In this document: positions 18,769 to 30,638 of the stretch, piece by piece
Layout: each line of letters begins with the position of its first letter
Numbering within the stretch: position 1 is the stretch's first letter
Origin: Flavobacteriales bacterium
Lineage (GTDB): Bacteria; Bacteroidota; Bacteroidia; Flavobacteriales; UBA7312
DNA length: 64,000 nucleotides
Direction of reading: 5' to 3'
NCBI GenBank assembly: GCA_965661505.1
Contig: CBFIDX010000006.1
Location: forward strand, 4,473-68,472
The notes under the pieces: model-generated
Told to the model about the DNA's origin: nothing
What the model saw: the letters and a program-made list of their open reading frames with translations, nothing else
The model's database searches: none
Translations under genes and position numbers: made by a program

Positions 18769-19215
18769 ATGGCAAAAGAAGTAAGTAAAATCGTTAAATT
18801 ACAGGTTAGGGGAGGTGCTGCGAATCCGTCGCCACCGGTTGGACCCGCTTTAGGTGCCGCTGGAGTTAATATCATGGAGTTCTGTAAGCAGTTCAATGCT
18901 AGAACACAAGATAAACAAGGAAAAGTGTTACCTGTTGTAATTACTGTTTATGTTGACAAATCATTTGAGTTTGTTATCAAAACAGCACCTGCAGCAGTTC
19001 AACTTTTGGAAGCAGCAAAAAAGAAAAAAGGTTCTGGAGAACCAAACCGTAGTAAAGTTGCCTCTGTTACTTGGGATCAAGTAAGAGCAATTGCTGAGGA
19101 TAAAATGCCTGACCTGAATGCATTCTCCGTTGATTCCGCAATGAATATGATTGCCGGAACAGCACGTAGTATGGGTATCACAGTAAAAGGTGGAACAGCA
19201 CCAACAAACAACTAA
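18769..19215 (+). CDS. rplK: 50S ribosomal protein L11
   Basis: 148 aa with [20 protein letters not shown] and MEFCKQFNA. Confidence 0.97.
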   Translation: MAKEVSKIVKLQVRGGAANPSPPVGPALGAAGVNIMEFCKQFNARTQDKQGKVLPVVITVYVDKSFEFVIKTAPAAVQLLEAAKKKKGSGEPNRSKVASVTWDQVRAIAEDKMPDLNAFSVDSAMNMIAGTARSMGITVKGGTAPTNN

Positions 19216-19219
19216 AACT

Positions 19220-19912
19220 ATGGCAAGATTAAGTAAAAAGAGAAAAGAAGCAATCGCTAAAATTGACAAGAACAAAGCCTATTCTGTAGCTGAAGCAGCT
19301 GGATTAATGAAAGAACTTTCATCAACGAAGTTCGATCCTTCAGTAGATGTTGCAGTTAAATTAGGTGTTGATCCACGACAAGCCAACCAAATGGTAAGAG
19401 GTGTGGTAACATTGCCTCACGGTACTGGAAAAGACGTTAAAGTATTAGCTCTAGTAACTCCTGACAAAGAAGCAGAAGCTAAAGAAGCAGGTGCTGATCA
19501 TGTTGGTCTAGATGAGTACATTGCAAAAATTAAAGACGGCTGGACTGATATTGACGTTATTATTACAATGCCAGCAGTGATGGGTAAAATTGGTGCACTT
19601 GGACGTGTTTTAGGACCAAGAGGTTTAATGCCAAACCCTAAAACAGGTACCGTAACAATGGAAGTTGGGAAAGCTGTTTCTGATGTAAAGAAAGGAAAAA
19701 TTGACTTCAAGGTTGATAAGTTTGGAATTATCCACGCTGCTATTGGTAAAGCATCTTTTGAAGCCAACAAGTTAGAGGAAAATGCCAACGAGTTGCTTTC
19801 TACCATTGTAAAGTTAAAACCAACAGCTGCAAAGGGAACTTATGTACAAAGCGTATCCATGTCTAGTACCATGAGCCCTAGTGTACGAATTGATGAAAAA
19901 TCGATCTCCTAA
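19220..19912 (+). CDS. rplA: 50S ribosomal protein L1
   Basis: The conserved N-terminus [11 protein letters not shown] starts at the ATG at 19220; the ORF track extends to 19190 and overlaps rplK. Later motifs include VTLPHGTGK and [10 protein letters not shown]. Confidence 0.95.
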   Translation: MARLSKKRKEAIAKIDKNKAYSVAEAAGLMKELSSTKFDPSVDVAVKLGVDPRQANQMVRGVVTLPHGTGKDVKVLALVTPDKEAEAKEAGADHVGLDEYIAKIKDGWTDIDVIITMPAVMGKIGALGRVLGPRGLMPNPKTGTVTMEVGKAVSDVKKGKIDFKVDKFGIIHAAIGKASFEANKLEENANELLSTIVKLKPTAAKGTYVQSVSMSSTMSPSVRIDEKSIS

Positions 19913-19923
19913 ATCATTAAGAC

Positions 19924-20445
19924 ATGACAAGAGAAGAAAAAAATAAAGCAATTGACAGTTTAAATACACAATTGTCTGAAAACAAAAACTTTTATTTAAC
20001 CGATATTTCAGGACTAACCGCTGAAAGTAACAGCGACCTTAGACGCCTTTGTTTTAAGAAAGATGTTCAGATTCAAGTAATCAAGAACACACTTTTGAGA
20101 AAAGCAATGGAAAAAAATGATGTTGACTTTGCAGAGCTATACCAAGCCCTAAAAGGAAATACAGCCATTATGTTTGCTGAAGCTGGAAATGCGCCCGCTA
20201 AAGTGATTAAGGAGTTTAGGAAAAAACAAGACATGCCCATTTTAAAGGCTGCATTCATTGAAGAAAGTGTCTACTTTGGTGATGACCAAGTAGAAGTATT
20301 ATCTTCACTGAAGTCGAAAGACGAGTTGATTGGAGAAATTATTTCGCTTTTACAATCACCTCCGAAAAATGTTATTTCCTCGCTTCAGTCAGGTGGCAGT
20401 AAGCTTTCCGGAATATTGAAAACATTAGCTGAGAGATCAGAATAA
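19924..20445 (+). CDS. rplJ: 50S ribosomal protein L10
   Basis: 173 aa. Its position between rplA and rplL and its L10-like N-terminal domain support the call. Confidence 0.9.
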   Translation: MTREEKNKAIDSLNTQLSENKNFYLTDISGLTAESNSDLRRLCFKKDVQIQVIKNTLLRKAMEKNDVDFAELYQALKGNTAIMFAEAGNAPAKVIKEFRKKQDMPILKAAFIEESVYFGDDQVEVLSSLKSKDELIGEIISLLQSPPKNVISSLQSGGSKLSGILKTLAERSE

Positions 20446-20533
20446 TTATAACCTACAGTGATACGCACCACTGTTTTATTTAATGCTTCCACATTAATAA
20501 TAAAAAAAGTAAGAATATTTAAACCAAATTAAA

Positions 20534-20911
20534 ATGGCAGATTTAAAAACTTTCGCAGAACAGTTAGTAAACTTAACTGTAAAAGAAGTAAACGAATTAG
20601 CTGATATCTTAAAAGACGAGTATGGGATTGAGCCAGCTGCTGCTGCAGTAGCTGTTGCAGGTCCTGCTGCTGGTGGCTCCGATGGCGGTGCTGAAGAGAA
20701 ATCAGAATTTGATGTAATCCTAAAAGCAGCTGGTGGTTCTAAACTAGCGGTTGTGAAACTTGTTAAAGAACTAACAGGATTAGGTCTTAAAGAAGCTAAA
20801 GAAATCGTTGACGGTGCACCTAAAGCAATCAAAGAAGGTGTCGCTAAAGACGAAGCTGAAGCGATTAAGACACAGCTTGAAGGAGCTGGTGCTGAAGTAG
20901 AGCTTAAATAA
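20534..20911 (+). CDS. rplL: 50S ribosomal protein L7/L12
   Basis: 125 aa with an Ala-rich hinge and the C-terminal domain [28 protein letters not shown]. Confidence 0.97.
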   Translation: MADLKTFAEQLVNLTVKEVNELADILKDEYGIEPAAAAVAVAGPAAGGSDGGAEEKSEFDVILKAAGGSKLAVVKLVKELTGLGLKEAKEIVDGAPKAIKEGVAKDEAEAIKTQLEGAGAEVELK

Positions 20912-20934
20912 GTTCGCTTAGCCCAACATAATAA

Positions 20935-20975
20935 GGTTTAAGCCCTAGATTAATCTAGGGCTTAAACCCTTTATT
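20935..20975 (+). terminator. rplL-rpoB intergenic attenuator/terminator hairpin
   Basis: A perfect 15-bp stem, ggtttaagccctaga / tctagggcttaaacc, encloses loop ttaa. It is followed by ctttatt. Confidence 0.6.
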
Positions 20976-21018
20976 CGTTACAAACGATTCATTTTTAACT
21001 AACTAATACATCAGTAAA

Positions 21019-24000
21019 TTGGCTCAAAACATAACCTCTCAAAGAATCAATTTCGCATCAATAAAAAATCAGTTAACCTATCCTGATTTTTTGGATATCC
21101 AGTTAAAATCTTTCAACGATTTTTTGAAAATTGGATCCTCTGCAGAAAAAAGAACTAACGAAGGCCTTTATTCGGTTTTCAATGACCATTTCCCTATTAC
21201 TGATTCAAGAAATAATTTTGTTCTTGAATTTTTAGATTATTCCATTGATCCTCCTAGGTACACAATCGAAGAATGTATTCAAAGAGGATTGACATTCAAG
21301 GTTCCTTTAAAAGCAAAACTTAAGCTTTATTGTACTGACCCTGATCACGAAGATTTTGAAACAATTGAACAGGAAGTGTTCTTGGGATCTATACCTTACA
21401 TGACTCCAAAAGGAACATTTGTAATCAATGGTGCTGAACGAGTTATCGTTTCGCAATTACATCGATCTCCAGGTGTTTTCTTTAGTCATTCTTTTCATGC
21501 CAATGGGACAAAGTTGTACTCTGCTAGAGTAATTCCATTCAAAGGATCATGGATTGAATTTGCTACTGACATTCACAATGTCATGTATGCATACATCGAT
21601 CGAAAGAAAAAATTACCTGTTACCACTCTACTACGTGCAATAGGTTTTGAGAATGACAAAGATATTTTAGAGATTTTTGATTTAGCAGATGAGATCAAAG
21701 TAAGCAAAGCAGCACTCAAACGTGTTATTGGCCGTAGGCTCGCTGCTCGTGTGTTAAAAACTTGGATCGAAGACTTCGTTGATGAAGATACTGGAGAGGT
21801 TGTATCAATTGAACGTAACGAAGTAGTAGTAGATCGTGAAACGATTATCGATGTCGAACACATTGAAGACATAGTTTCCTCTGGAACAAAAACAATCTTA
21901 CTCCACAAAGAAGACGTTAGTTCCTCTGACTATGCCATTATTTACAATACATTACAGAAGGACCCAACAAATTCAGAAAAAGAGGCTGTAATCCACATTT
22001 ACCGTCAGTTACGTAACGCCGAGCCGCCAGATGAAGAAACAGCTCGCGGTATTATTGATAAACTGTTTTTCTCTGAGCAGAGATATAGCTTAGGTGAGGT
22101 TGGACGATTTCGAATTAATAAAAAGCTAAAGCTTGATGTAGATCCAGATATTCAAATTCTAACAAAACAGGATATCATCTCTATCATCAAAAACCTGATT
22201 GAGTTAGCAAACTCTAAAACCAATGTTGATGACATTGATCACTTAAGTAACCGTAGAGTAAGAACGGTAGGTGAGCAGTTGTCAAATCAGTTTGGTATAG
22301 GGCTTTCTAGAATGGCAAGAACAATTCGTGAACGAATGAATGTTCGAGATAACGAAGTTTTCACACCAACAGATTTGATAAATGCCAAGACTTTATCATC
22401 TGTTATAAACTCATTCTTTGGAACGAACCAGTTATCTCAGTTTATGGATCAAACCAATCCACTAGCTGAAGTTACACACAAACGTAGATTGTCTGCACTT
22501 GGACCCGGTGGGCTTTCTAGAGAAAGAGCTGGTTTTGAGGTGCGTGACGTTCACTACACACATTACGGTCGTTTGTGTCCTATTGAAACACCTGAAGGAC
22601 CAAATATCGGATTAATATCCTCACTATGTGTCTATGCAAAAGTGAATAACTTAGGCTTTATCGAAACTCCCTATCGCAAGGTCGATCAAGGTGTTGTTCA
22701 GTTAAAGAAAGATCCAATTTATTTGACAGCTGAAGGCGAGGACAATATGACCATTGCTCAGGCGAATGCACCTATTTCAACTGATGGTAAATTTGAAAAC
22801 GATCGTGTTAAAGCTCGTTACGAAGGAGACTTCCCAGTAACTGAGCCGGATGCCATTTCTTTAATGGACGTTGCACCAAACCAGATTGCATCTATCGCTG
22901 CCTCTTTAATACCATTTTTAGAGCATGATGATGCAAACCGTGCATTGATGGGCTCAAACATGATGCGTCAAGCCGTACCTTTGGTTAAAACGGATGCGCC
23001 AATTGTTGGTACAGGATTAGAGCCTCAGGTAGCTCGAGATTCAAGAGTTTTAATTAATGCTGAAGGAGATGGCGTTGTAGAATATGTTGACGCAAATGAA
23101 ATTTGTATTAAATATAAAATGTCTGACGAAGACAAATTATTGAGCTTTGAAGACGAGTTAAAAACTTACCAATTAACCAAGTTTAAGAAAACAAACCAAA
23201 ATACCTGCATCAATCTTAAACCCATTGTAAATAAGGGTGACAAGGTAGTTGAAGGCCAGGTTTTATGTGAAGGATATGCAACACAAAATGGTGAGTTGGC
23301 CATTGGTCAAAACCTAAAGGTTGCTTTTATGCCTTGGAAAGGGTATAACTTTGAAGATGCAATTGTTCTTTCTGAGCGTGTTGTTAGAGAAGATTTATTT
23401 ACTTCCGTACACATTGAAGAAATGGTCGTTAATGTTCGTGAAACCAAGCGTGGTGCCGAAGAGTTAACAGCAGACATTCCAAATGTTAGTGAAGAAGCAA
23501 CCAAAGATCTTGATGAAAATGGAATGATTCGCGTAGGTGCTGATATCCAAGCTGGAGATATTATTATCGGAAAAATCACCCCCAAAGGTGAATCGGACCC
23601 TACACCAGAAGAAAAACTGCTGAAAGCAATATTTGGAGATAAAGCGGGAGATGTTAAAGACGCTTCCTTAAAAGCAAGACCTTCTTTTAAAGGAGTTGTG
23701 ATTGACAAAAAGTTATTTTCTAAATCAGTTAAAGATAAGCGTAAGAGATCAGAAGATAAAGAAGAGCTTGAGGTTTTAGAAACTGCTTTTGCGAAAGAAA
23801 AAGTAGAATTAAAATCAATGCTTATTTCTAAACTTTTCACTTTGTTAAGCGGGAAGACTTCTCAAGGAATGTTTACTCGTTTAGGAGAATGTGTGATTGC
23901 CAAAGGAACTAAGTACACTTTAAAAGCATTCCAAGAAGTTGATTATGAAGCATTAGACTTAATAAAAACTAAATGGTCTGTTGATTTCGACTTAAATGAA

Positions 24001-24834
24001 AATGTCAAAGAGTTATTAAATAACTACATTTTAAAAAATAGCGAAATCTTAGCCGAACATAGGAGAAAGAAGTTTGCCATATCCGTAGGAGACGAATTAC
24101 CTACCGGTGTACTAAAATTGGCTAAAGTCTATGTTGCTAAAAAGCGAAAAATTCAAGTAGGAGATAAGTTAGCAGGCCGTCACGGAAACAAGGGTATTGT
24201 TGCCAAAATTGTACGTGATGAAGATATGCCGTTTTTAGAAGACGGAACTCCCGTTGATATTGTTTTAAATCCACTAGGAGTACCTTCTCGTATGAACTTA
24301 GGTCAGATTTACGAAACTGTTTTAGGATGGGCTGGCCAGAAGTTAGACAAAAAGTACTTTACCCCTGTCTTTGACGGTGCATCTATAGATGATATTAATA
24401 AGGAAACTGATGCAGCAGGTTTACCACGATTTGGACAAATCTATTTGTACGATGGAGGTACAGGTGAGCGTTTCGATCAGCCAGCAACAGTAGGTATTAT
24501 CTACATGCTGAAACTTGGTCACATGGTTGATGATAAGATGCACGCTCGATCTATTGGTCCTTACTCTTTAATTACCCAACAGCCATTAGGTGGTAAAGCA
24601 CAGTTTGGTGGCCAGCGTTTGGGAGAAATGGAAGTTTGGGCATTAGAGGGCTATGGCGCATCTAATATCCTACAAGAAATGCTGACAATTAAATCCGATG
24701 ATGTTATTGGTAGAGCCAAGGCATACGAATCCATCGTAAAAGGAAATCCGATGCCAACACCAGGTATACCAGAGTCTTTCAATGTATTATTACATGAATT
24801 AGGCGGTTTAGGATTAAAAGTAACATTAGACTAA
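21019..24834 (+). CDS. rpoB: DNA-directed RNA polymerase subunit beta
   Basis: 1271 aa, colinear with RpoB ([24 protein letters not shown]...). The ORF-track start is a TTG, so the exact start is uncertain. Confidence 0.97.
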   Translation: MAQNITSQRINFASIKNQLTYPDFLDIQLKSFNDFLKIGSSAEKRTNEGLYSVFNDHFPITDSRNNFVLEFLDYSIDPPRYTIEECIQRGLTFKVPLKAKLKLYCTDPDHEDFETIEQEVFLGSIPYMTPKGTFVINGAERVIVSQLHRSPGVFFSHSFHANGTKLYSARVIPFKGSWIEFATDIHNVMYAYIDRKKKLPVTTLLRAIGFENDKDILEIFDLADEIKVSKAALKRVIGRRLAARVLKTWIEDFVDEDTGEVVSIERNEVVVDRETIIDVEHIEDIVSSGTKTILLHKEDVSSSDYAIIYNTLQKDPTNSEKEAVIHIYRQLRNAEPPDEETARGIIDKLFFSEQRYSLGEVGRFRINKKLKLDVDPDIQILTKQDIISIIKNLIELANSKTNVDDIDHLSNRRVRTVGEQLSNQFGIGLSRMARTIRERMNVRDNEVFTPTDLINAKTLSSVINSFFGTNQLSQFMDQTNPLAEVTHKRRLSALGPGGLSRERAGFEVRDVHYTHYGRLCPIETPEGPNIGLISSLCVYAKVNNLGFIETPYRKVDQGVVQLKKDPIYLTAEGEDNMTIAQANAPISTDGKFENDRVKARYEGDFPVTEPDAISLMDVAPNQIASIAASLIPFLEHDDANRALMGSNMMRQAVPLVKTDAPIVGTGLEPQVARDSRVLINAEGDGVVEYVDANEICIKYKMSDEDKLLSFEDELKTYQLTKFKKTNQNTCINLKPIVNKGDKVVEGQVLCEGYATQNGELAIGQNLKVAFMPWKGYNFEDAIVLSERVVREDLFTSVHIEEMVVNVRETKRGAEELTADIPNVSEEATKDLDENGMIRVGADIQAGDIIIGKITPKGESDPTPEEKLLKAIFGDKAGDVKDASLKARPSFKGVVIDKKLFSKSVKDKRKRSEDKEELEVLETAFAKEKVELKSMLISKLFTLLSGKTSQGMFTRLGECVIAKGTKYTLKAFQEVDYEALDLIKTKWSVDFDLNENVKELLNNYILKNSEILAEHRRKKFAISVGDELPTGVLKLAKVYVAKKRKIQVGDKLAGRHGNKGIVAKIVRDEDMPFLEDGTPVDIVLNPLGVPSRMNLGQIYETVLGWAGQKLDKKYFTPVFDGASIDDINKETDAAGLPRFGQIYLYDGGTGERFDQPATVGIIYMLKLGHMVDDKMHARSIGPYSLITQQPLGGKAQFGGQRLGEMEVWALEGYGASNILQEMLTIKSDDVIGRAKAYESIVKGNPMPTPGIPESFNVLLHELGGLGLKVTLD

Positions 24835-24863
24835 TTTAAAACCCTTTATAAGCACAACGTATT

Positions 24864-27800
24864 ATGGCAATTAAAAGAGGTAAAAAAGAAATAAGAACAA
24901 GTTTTTCAAACATCACTATCAGCTTAGCATCTCCAGAAGATGTTTTAGCTAAATCAAGCGGTGAGGTAACCAAACCAGAAACGATTAATTACAGAACTTA
25001 CAAGCCAGAACGTGATGGTTTGTTTTGTGAGCGAATCTTTGGTCCAACGAAAGACTACGAATGTCACTGTGGTAAGTACAAACGCATCCGTTATAAAGGA
25101 ATCGTTTGTGATCGATGTGGTGTTGAAGTTACTGAGAAAAAAGTGCGTAGAGAGCGTACAGGACACATTCAATTGGTGGTTCCGGTAGCACACATATGGT
25201 ATTCAAAATCCAACCCAAATAAGATTGGTTATCTTTTAGGATTGCCAAGTAAAAAGCTAGATATGATTATCTACTACGAACGATACGTAGTGATACAAGC
25301 AGGTACGGCGGTAAATAATGAAGGTGAGGCACTACAGTTTATGGATTTTCTTACCGAAGAAGAATACCTTGACGCTTTAGAAAGAATACCTGCTGATAAT
25401 CGTTATTTAGACGATGAGGACCCCAAAAAGTTTATTGCAAAAATGGGTGCAGAAGCTTTAATTGAGCTTTTAAAACGCTTAGACCTTGATAAGCTTTCTT
25501 TCGATTTACGTCATAAAGCAAATAATGAAACCTCACAACAAAGAAAGGCAGAAGCACTGAAGCGTCTTCAAGTAATTGAAGCCTTCCGAGATGCAAATAC
25601 ACGTATCGAAAACAAGCCAGAGTGGATGGTTGTTAAGGTAATTCCGGTAATTCCACCAGAATTAAGACCACTTGTTCCTCTTGATGGAGGTCGTTTTGCT
25701 ACTTCAGATTTAAATGATCTATACCGTAGGGTAATTATCCGTAACAATCGTTTGAAGCGTTTAATCGAAATTAAGGCTCCTGAAGTGATTTTACGAAATG
25801 AAAAACGTATGCTTCAGGAATCCGTTGATTCGTTATTTGACAACTCTCGTAAATCGAGCGCCGTTAAAACAGAATCAAACCGTGCTTTAAAGTCTCTTTC
25901 TGATTCTTTAAAAGGAAAGCAAGGGCGTTTTCGTCAAAATCTATTAGGTAAGCGTGTTGATTATTCTGCTCGTTCTGTTATTGTTGTAGGACCTGAATTA
26001 AAACTGCACGAATGTGGATTGCCAAAAGACATGGCAGCAGAGCTATTTAAGCCATTTGTAATCCGTAAAATGATTGAGCGTGGCATCGTGAAAACGGTAA
26101 AGTCTGCAAAGAAAATTATTGACAAAAGAGAGCCTGTTGTTTGGGATATCTTAGAAAATGTGATGAAAGGACACCCCGTTTTATTGAACCGTGCCCCAAC
26201 ACTTCACCGTCTAGGAATTCAGGCATTTCAACCTGTAATGATTGAGGGTAAAGCAATTCGCCTACATCCATTAGTTTGTACAGCATTTAATGCGGATTTT
26301 GATGGTGACCAAATGGCTGTTCACCTTCCCTTAGGAGAGGCAGCAATTTTAGAAGCTCAACTATTGATGCTAGCTTCACATAATATTTTGAATCCTGCCA
26401 ACGGTGCTCCAGTAACCGTTCCTTCTCAGGATATGGTATTGGGTCTTTACTACATGACCAAACCGTTAAAAGGAGCTAAAGGAGAAGGGCTCGCATTTTA
26501 TTCTCAGGAAGAAGCAAAAATAGCTTACAATGAAGGCTTAGTTGCCTTGCATGCAATTGTAAAAGTGAAAGCGACTGTTATTGAGGATGAGGAGTTAAAA
26601 AATAAGCTTATCGAAACTACAGTTGGAAGGATATTGTTTAATGAATTTGTTCCTGAAGAGGTTGGTTATATTGATATGCTCTTAACCAAAAAAGCATTAA
26701 GAGATGTGATTGGTGATGTTTTAAAACTTTCTGGAGTAGCTAAAACATCGCAATTCCTTGACGATATCAAAGGAATCGGATACCACATGGCTTTTAAAGG
26801 TGGTTTATCCTTTAATTTAGGAGATGTTATTATCCCTGAAGAAAAAGAAAAGATGATCAATGAAGCCTATGAACAAGTAGATGAAGTATCTGCTAATTAT
26901 AACATGGGTTTTATTACCAATAACGAACGTTACAATCAGGTAATTGATATTTGGTCTAATACCAATGCTCACTTAACTGAAAGAGTAATGTCGCAGTTAA
27001 GCTCTGATAGAGATGGCTTTAATTCTGTTTACATGATGTTAGACTCTGGTGCAAGGGGTTCCAAAGAACAAATTAAGCAGTTAGGTGGAATGAGAGGACT
27101 AATGGCAAAACCACAAAAGTCAGGTGATAAGAGTGGTGCTGCAATTATCGAAAATCCGATTATTGCCAACTTTAAAGAAGGCCTTTCCATTCTTGAGTAC
27201 TTTATTTCTACTCACGGAGCCCGAAAAGGTCTTGCTGATACCGCTCTAAAAACAGCAGATGCGGGTTACTTGACAAGACGATTAGTTGATGCTTCACAAG
27301 ATGTGGTGGTAACCATTGAAGATTGTGGTACTTTAAGAGGATTAGAAACAACTGCTTTAAAGAAAAATGACGAAGTAGTAGAACCTTTGGCCGATCGTAT
27401 TGTGGGTAGAGTGTCATTACACGATGTTTACGACCCAAGAACAGATGAGTTATTAGTTGCTTCAGGAGAAATGATTTCTGAAGATATTGCTGCTGCAATT
27501 GATGCTGCTCCTATTGAGTCAGTTGAAATTCGTTCTGCATTAACTTGTGAGGCTAAGAAAGGGGTTTGTGCCAAATGCTATGGTAGAAATCTATCCACTG
27601 GAAACATGGCTGTTTCTGGAGATGCTGTTGGGGTGGTTGCCGCCCAGTCTATTGGAGAACCGGGTACACAGTTAACACTGAGAACGTTCCACTTTGGAGG
27701 TACTGCATCAAAAATTGCGTCAGAATCTAGCCACCTTGCCAAGTTTGATGGGAAGTTAGAAATTGATGATTTACGCATTATTTCAACTAAAAATGAAAAT

Positions 27801-29183
27801 GGAGAGGACATCAATGTGGTAATTTCTAGAACATCTGAAGCACGAATTATTGATGAAAAGTTAGGTATTGTTCTATCAACAAATACCATTCCTTATGGTT
27901 CTACCTTATACGTTGAAAATGGTAAGAAGATAAAGAAAGATACTTTGATTTGTGACTGGGATCCATATAACGCAGTTATCATTTCTGAAGTTGATGGTAA
28001 AATTGCCTATAACGACATTACGGAAGGGATAACTTACCGCATAGAGTCGGATGAGCAAACAGGCTTCCAAGAGAAGGTAATGATTGAGCGTAAGGATAAA
28101 ACATTAAATCCAACAATCAATATTATCAATAAAAAAGGAGAGGCAGTGCGTAGTTACAGTATCCCCGTCAAGGCTCACTTAAGTGTGAACGAAAATGATA
28201 CCATTAAGGCAGGTGATGTCGTTGCAAAAATTCCAAGAATTGCAGCATCGCTTGGAGATATTACAGGAGGTTTGCCACGAGTTACCGAGTTGTTTGAAGC
28301 GCGTAATCCATCTAACCCAGCTGTGGTCACAGAAATTGACGGTATTATTTCTTTTGGTAAAAAGATTAAACGTGGTAATAAAGAAGTGATTGTTACTTCC
28401 AAAACAGGAGAGATCAAAAAGTATCTAATTCCTCTTTCCAAGCACATATTAGTACAAGAGAATGATTTTGTAAAGTCAGGTATGGCTTTGTGTGATGGAT
28501 CCATAACCCCCTTAGATATTCTTCGTATCAAAGGTCCTACAGCTGTTCAAGAATACATTGTTAATGAAGTTCAAGAAGTATATCGCTTGCAAGGAATGAA
28601 AATTAATGACAAGCATTTTGAAGTAGTTGTTCGTCAGATGATGCGCAAGATGACAATCATAGATGCTGGAGATACACGTTTTCTTGAAAAGCAAATTGTT
28701 ACCAAGCAAGAGTTCATGGCAGAAAATGACAGAATTTATGGAATGAAAGTGGTTGAAGAAGCTGGAGACTCTGCTCATTTAAGCCCAGGTCAGATTGTTT
28801 CTGTACGTAAGCTTCTAGAAGAAAATTCGTTGCTAAAACGTAAAGACATGAAGCCTGCTACGGCTCGTGATGCTGTTCCTTCGACAGGGGATCAAATTCT
28901 ACAAGGAATCACAAGAGCCTCTCTTCAAACGAATAGTTGGGTTTCTGCAGCCTCATTCCAGGAGACGACTAAAGTATTAAACGCAGCAGCGATTAATGGT
29001 AAACGTGATACACTGGATGGATTGAAAGAAAACGTAATTGTTGGTCATAAAATTCCAGCTGGAACAGGACTTCGCGTATTTAACGATATGGTTGTTGGAT
29101 CTCAGGAAGAATACGATGCTTTAATGGCAGCAAAGGAAGCCGAAGAGGTTTCAACTGTAGAAGAAAAAGTAGTTACTGAATAA
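24864..29183 (+). CDS. rpoC: DNA-directed RNA polymerase subunit beta'
   Basis: 1439 aa with the zinc-binding CHCGKY...CDRCGVEV and the catalytic [12 protein letters not shown]. Confidence 0.98.
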   Translation: MAIKRGKKEIRTSFSNITISLASPEDVLAKSSGEVTKPETINYRTYKPERDGLFCERIFGPTKDYECHCGKYKRIRYKGIVCDRCGVEVTEKKVRRERTGHIQLVVPVAHIWYSKSNPNKIGYLLGLPSKKLDMIIYYERYVVIQAGTAVNNEGEALQFMDFLTEEEYLDALERIPADNRYLDDEDPKKFIAKMGAEALIELLKRLDLDKLSFDLRHKANNETSQQRKAEALKRLQVIEAFRDANTRIENKPEWMVVKVIPVIPPELRPLVPLDGGRFATSDLNDLYRRVIIRNNRLKRLIEIKAPEVILRNEKRMLQESVDSLFDNSRKSSAVKTESNRALKSLSDSLKGKQGRFRQNLLGKRVDYSARSVIVVGPELKLHECGLPKDMAAELFKPFVIRKMIERGIVKTVKSAKKIIDKREPVVWDILENVMKGHPVLLNRAPTLHRLGIQAFQPVMIEGKAIRLHPLVCTAFNADFDGDQMAVHLPLGEAAILEAQLLMLASHNILNPANGAPVTVPSQDMVLGLYYMTKPLKGAKGEGLAFYSQEEAKIAYNEGLVALHAIVKVKATVIEDEELKNKLIETTVGRILFNEFVPEEVGYIDMLLTKKALRDVIGDVLKLSGVAKTSQFLDDIKGIGYHMAFKGGLSFNLGDVIIPEEKEKMINEAYEQVDEVSANYNMGFITNNERYNQVIDIWSNTNAHLTERVMSQLSSDRDGFNSVYMMLDSGARGSKEQIKQLGGMRGLMAKPQKSGDKSGAAIIENPIIANFKEGLSILEYFISTHGARKGLADTALKTADAGYLTRRLVDASQDVVVTIEDCGTLRGLETTALKKNDEVVEPLADRIVGRVSLHDVYDPRTDELLVASGEMISEDIAAAIDAAPIESVEIRSALTCEAKKGVCAKCYGRNLSTGNMAVSGDAVGVVAAQSIGEPGTQLTLRTFHFGGTASKIASESSHLAKFDGKLEIDDLRIISTKNENGEDINVVISRTSEARIIDEKLGIVLSTNTIPYGSTLYVENGKKIKKDTLICDWDPYNAVIISEVDGKIAYNDITEGITYRIESDEQTGFQEKVMIERKDKTLNPTINIINKKGEAVRSYSIPVKAHLSVNENDTIKAGDVVAKIPRIAASLGDITGGLPRVTELFEARNPSNPAVVTEIDGIISFGKKIKRGNKEVIVTSKTGEIKKYLIPLSKHILVQENDFVKSGMALCDGSITPLDILRIKGPTAVQEYIVNEVQEVYRLQGMKINDKHFEVVVRQMMRKMTIIDAGDTRFLEKQIVTKQEFMAENDRIYGMKVVEEAGDSAHLSPGQIVSVRKLLEENSLLKRKDMKPATARDAVPSTGDQILQGITRASLQTNSWVSAASFQETTKVLNAAAINGKRDTLDGLKENVIVGHKIPAGTGLRVFNDMVVGSQEEYDALMAAKEAEEVSTVEEKVVTE

Positions 29184-29184
29184 T

Positions 29185-29493
29185 ATGGCAGAGGATAAAA
29201 AACAAGGATTAAACATTGAGCTAACTGAAGATGTTGCTGAAGGAACCTATAGTAACTTAGCGATCATCAACCATTCACCATCTGAGTTTGTGGTTGATTT
29301 TATACAAGTGATGCCAGGCGTTCCAAAGGCAAAGGTTAAATCCAGAATTGTTTTAACCCCCCAACATGCTAAACGATTGATGAAGGCTTTGGCTGATAAC
29401 GTTAGCAAGTATGAATCACAGCATGGTCATATAAAAGATGTAGATCCGAACGTGATCCCTCTTTCTTTTGGAGGGCCTACTGCTGAGGCATAA
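29185..29493 (+). CDS. DUF3467 domain protein
   Basis: 102 aa. It starts 1 nt after the rpoC stop. The motif YSNLAIINHSPSEFVVDF matches my recollection of DUF3467, which commonly follows rpoC in Bacteroidota. Confidence 0.75.
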   Translation: MAEDKKQGLNIELTEDVAEGTYSNLAIINHSPSEFVVDFIQVMPGVPKAKVKSRIVLTPQHAKRLMKALADNVSKYESQHGHIKDVDPNVIPLSFGGPTAEA

Positions 29494-29497
29494 TCAT

Positions 29498-29525
29498 AAA
29501 AAAACCGCTTAAAAGCGGTTTTTTT
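29498..29525. terminator. Bidirectional Rho-independent terminator between convergent genes
   Basis: aaaaaaaccgc / gcggttttttt around loop ttaaaa. The A run on one side and T run on the other let it serve both strands. Confidence 0.7.
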
Positions 29526-29529
29526 ATGA

Positions 29530-30606
29530 TTATGCAGTTTGTCCAAGTCTATAGAGCATTTTGCCATGTTCCCATACTGCCGAAGCATAATTTTTTTGGC
29601 AGAAATAGGGGAGGTCATATTCTTTGGCTTTGCGCTGAACAATTTTTGATAATGCCGAATAGTGTACATGACAAATCGTTGGAAATAAATGGTGTTCCAC
29701 TTGATAATTTAAGCCGCCTATGTACCATGAAAGAAGTTTATTTGATTTGTAATTGGTAGTAGTTTGTAATTGATGTATGGCCCAATTATTTTCGATGGTT
29801 CCATCCTCATTTGGTTCAGGATACTCACAATCTGGCATTACATGTGCTGTTTGGAAAATAGTTGATAGTATAAGGCCTGCCACAAAATGCATGCTAAAGA
29901 AACAAAGAAACCAAAAGCCAAAAGATATTTCTAAAAAAAGCATCGGCACTAATAGTAAGTAAGCATAGTAAAATACTTTCCAAAAAACCATTTCAGCCAT
30001 CAGCCATCCGTATTCCTCTTTTTTAATTAGCCCGTCCTTCTTGAATTTCCCTAGCTGAATAAACTCTTTTATAGTAGCCCAAGAAAAAGACAATAAGCCA
30101 TAAAAAAACCATGCATATATATGCTGATATTTATGAAAACTAAAATATTTTGCATTCGGAGAGAACCTTAACATAGGGAGAGGGCTTATGTCAGGGTCCA
30201 TTTCATGAACGTTGGTAAAGGTATGATGCATGCGGTTGTGTTGGATTTTCCAGTTTTTTGCACTTCCACCCACTAAGTTTAAGGTAAGGCCCATTAACTT
30301 ATTAACGAATTTGTTTTTTGAGTAGGCGCCGTGATTTCCATCGTGCATTACAGACATACCTATGCCTGCTAAACCAACACCCATTAACAACCATAAGCCC
30401 CAAAAAAGCCAAGTTGTTCCCAGTAATCCGCTAATCATTAGCGCATATGATCCATAAAATAATCCAATCATAACAAAGGATTTTAAAATCATATTTAAAT
30501 TACCATATCTAGAAATTTTATTGTTTCTAAAATAATCATCCACTTCTTTTCTTAAATCTGTAACAAAATCTTTGGAGTGATTCTTATCAAATTTTACTGC
30601 TCGCAT
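29530..30606 (-). CDS. Membrane fatty acid desaturase (front-end-like histidine boxes, no cytochrome b5 domain)
   Basis: 358 aa with three His boxes (HDGNH, HNRMHH, QVEHH) and four or more hydrophobic segments. Confidence 0.85.
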   Translation of the reverse strand: MRAVKFDKNHSKDFVTDLRKEVDDYFRNNKISRYGNLNMILKSFVMIGLFYGSYALMISGLLGTTWLFWGLWLLMGVGLAGIGMSVMHDGNHGAYSKNKFVNKLMGLTLNLVGGSAKNWKIQHNRMHHTFTNVHEMDPDISPLPMLRFSPNAKYFSFHKYQHIYAWFFYGLLSFSWATIKEFIQLGKFKKDGLIKKEEYGWLMAEMVFWKVFYYAYLLLVPMLFLEISFGFWFLCFFSMHFVAGLILSTIFQTAHVMPDCEYPEPNEDGTIENNWAIHQLQTTTNYKSNKLLSWYIGGLNYQVEHHLFPTICHVHYSALSKIVQRKAKEYDLPYFCQKNYASAVWEHGKMLYRLGQTA

Positions 30607-30638
30607 GTTTTTAAATTGAATGCACTAAAGATAGTGAT

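Noticed and set aside
20494-20832. A 112-aa minus-strand ORF opposite rplL.
   Set aside because: It mirrors the Ala/Gly-rich hinge of L7/L12, where GCN codons read as GC-rich sense codons on the other strand. It is an artefact of composition.
21573-29183. Numerous antisense or alternative-frame ORFs inside rpoB and rpoC, for example 23307-23840 (177 aa), 21573-21908, 28175-28531 and 27578-27889.
   Set aside because: All are fully nested in highly conserved, confidently identified genes. Their products are low-complexity (Ser/Thr/Ile-rich) with no recognisable motifs. This is typical of shadow ORFs on the opposite strand of AT-rich coding sequence.
29526-29962. Plus-strand ORFs 29526-29759 and 29777-29962 opposite the desaturase gene.
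   Set aside because: The minus-strand ORF carries all three desaturase histidine boxes. The plus-strand ORFs begin inside or just after the terminator and have no motifs.
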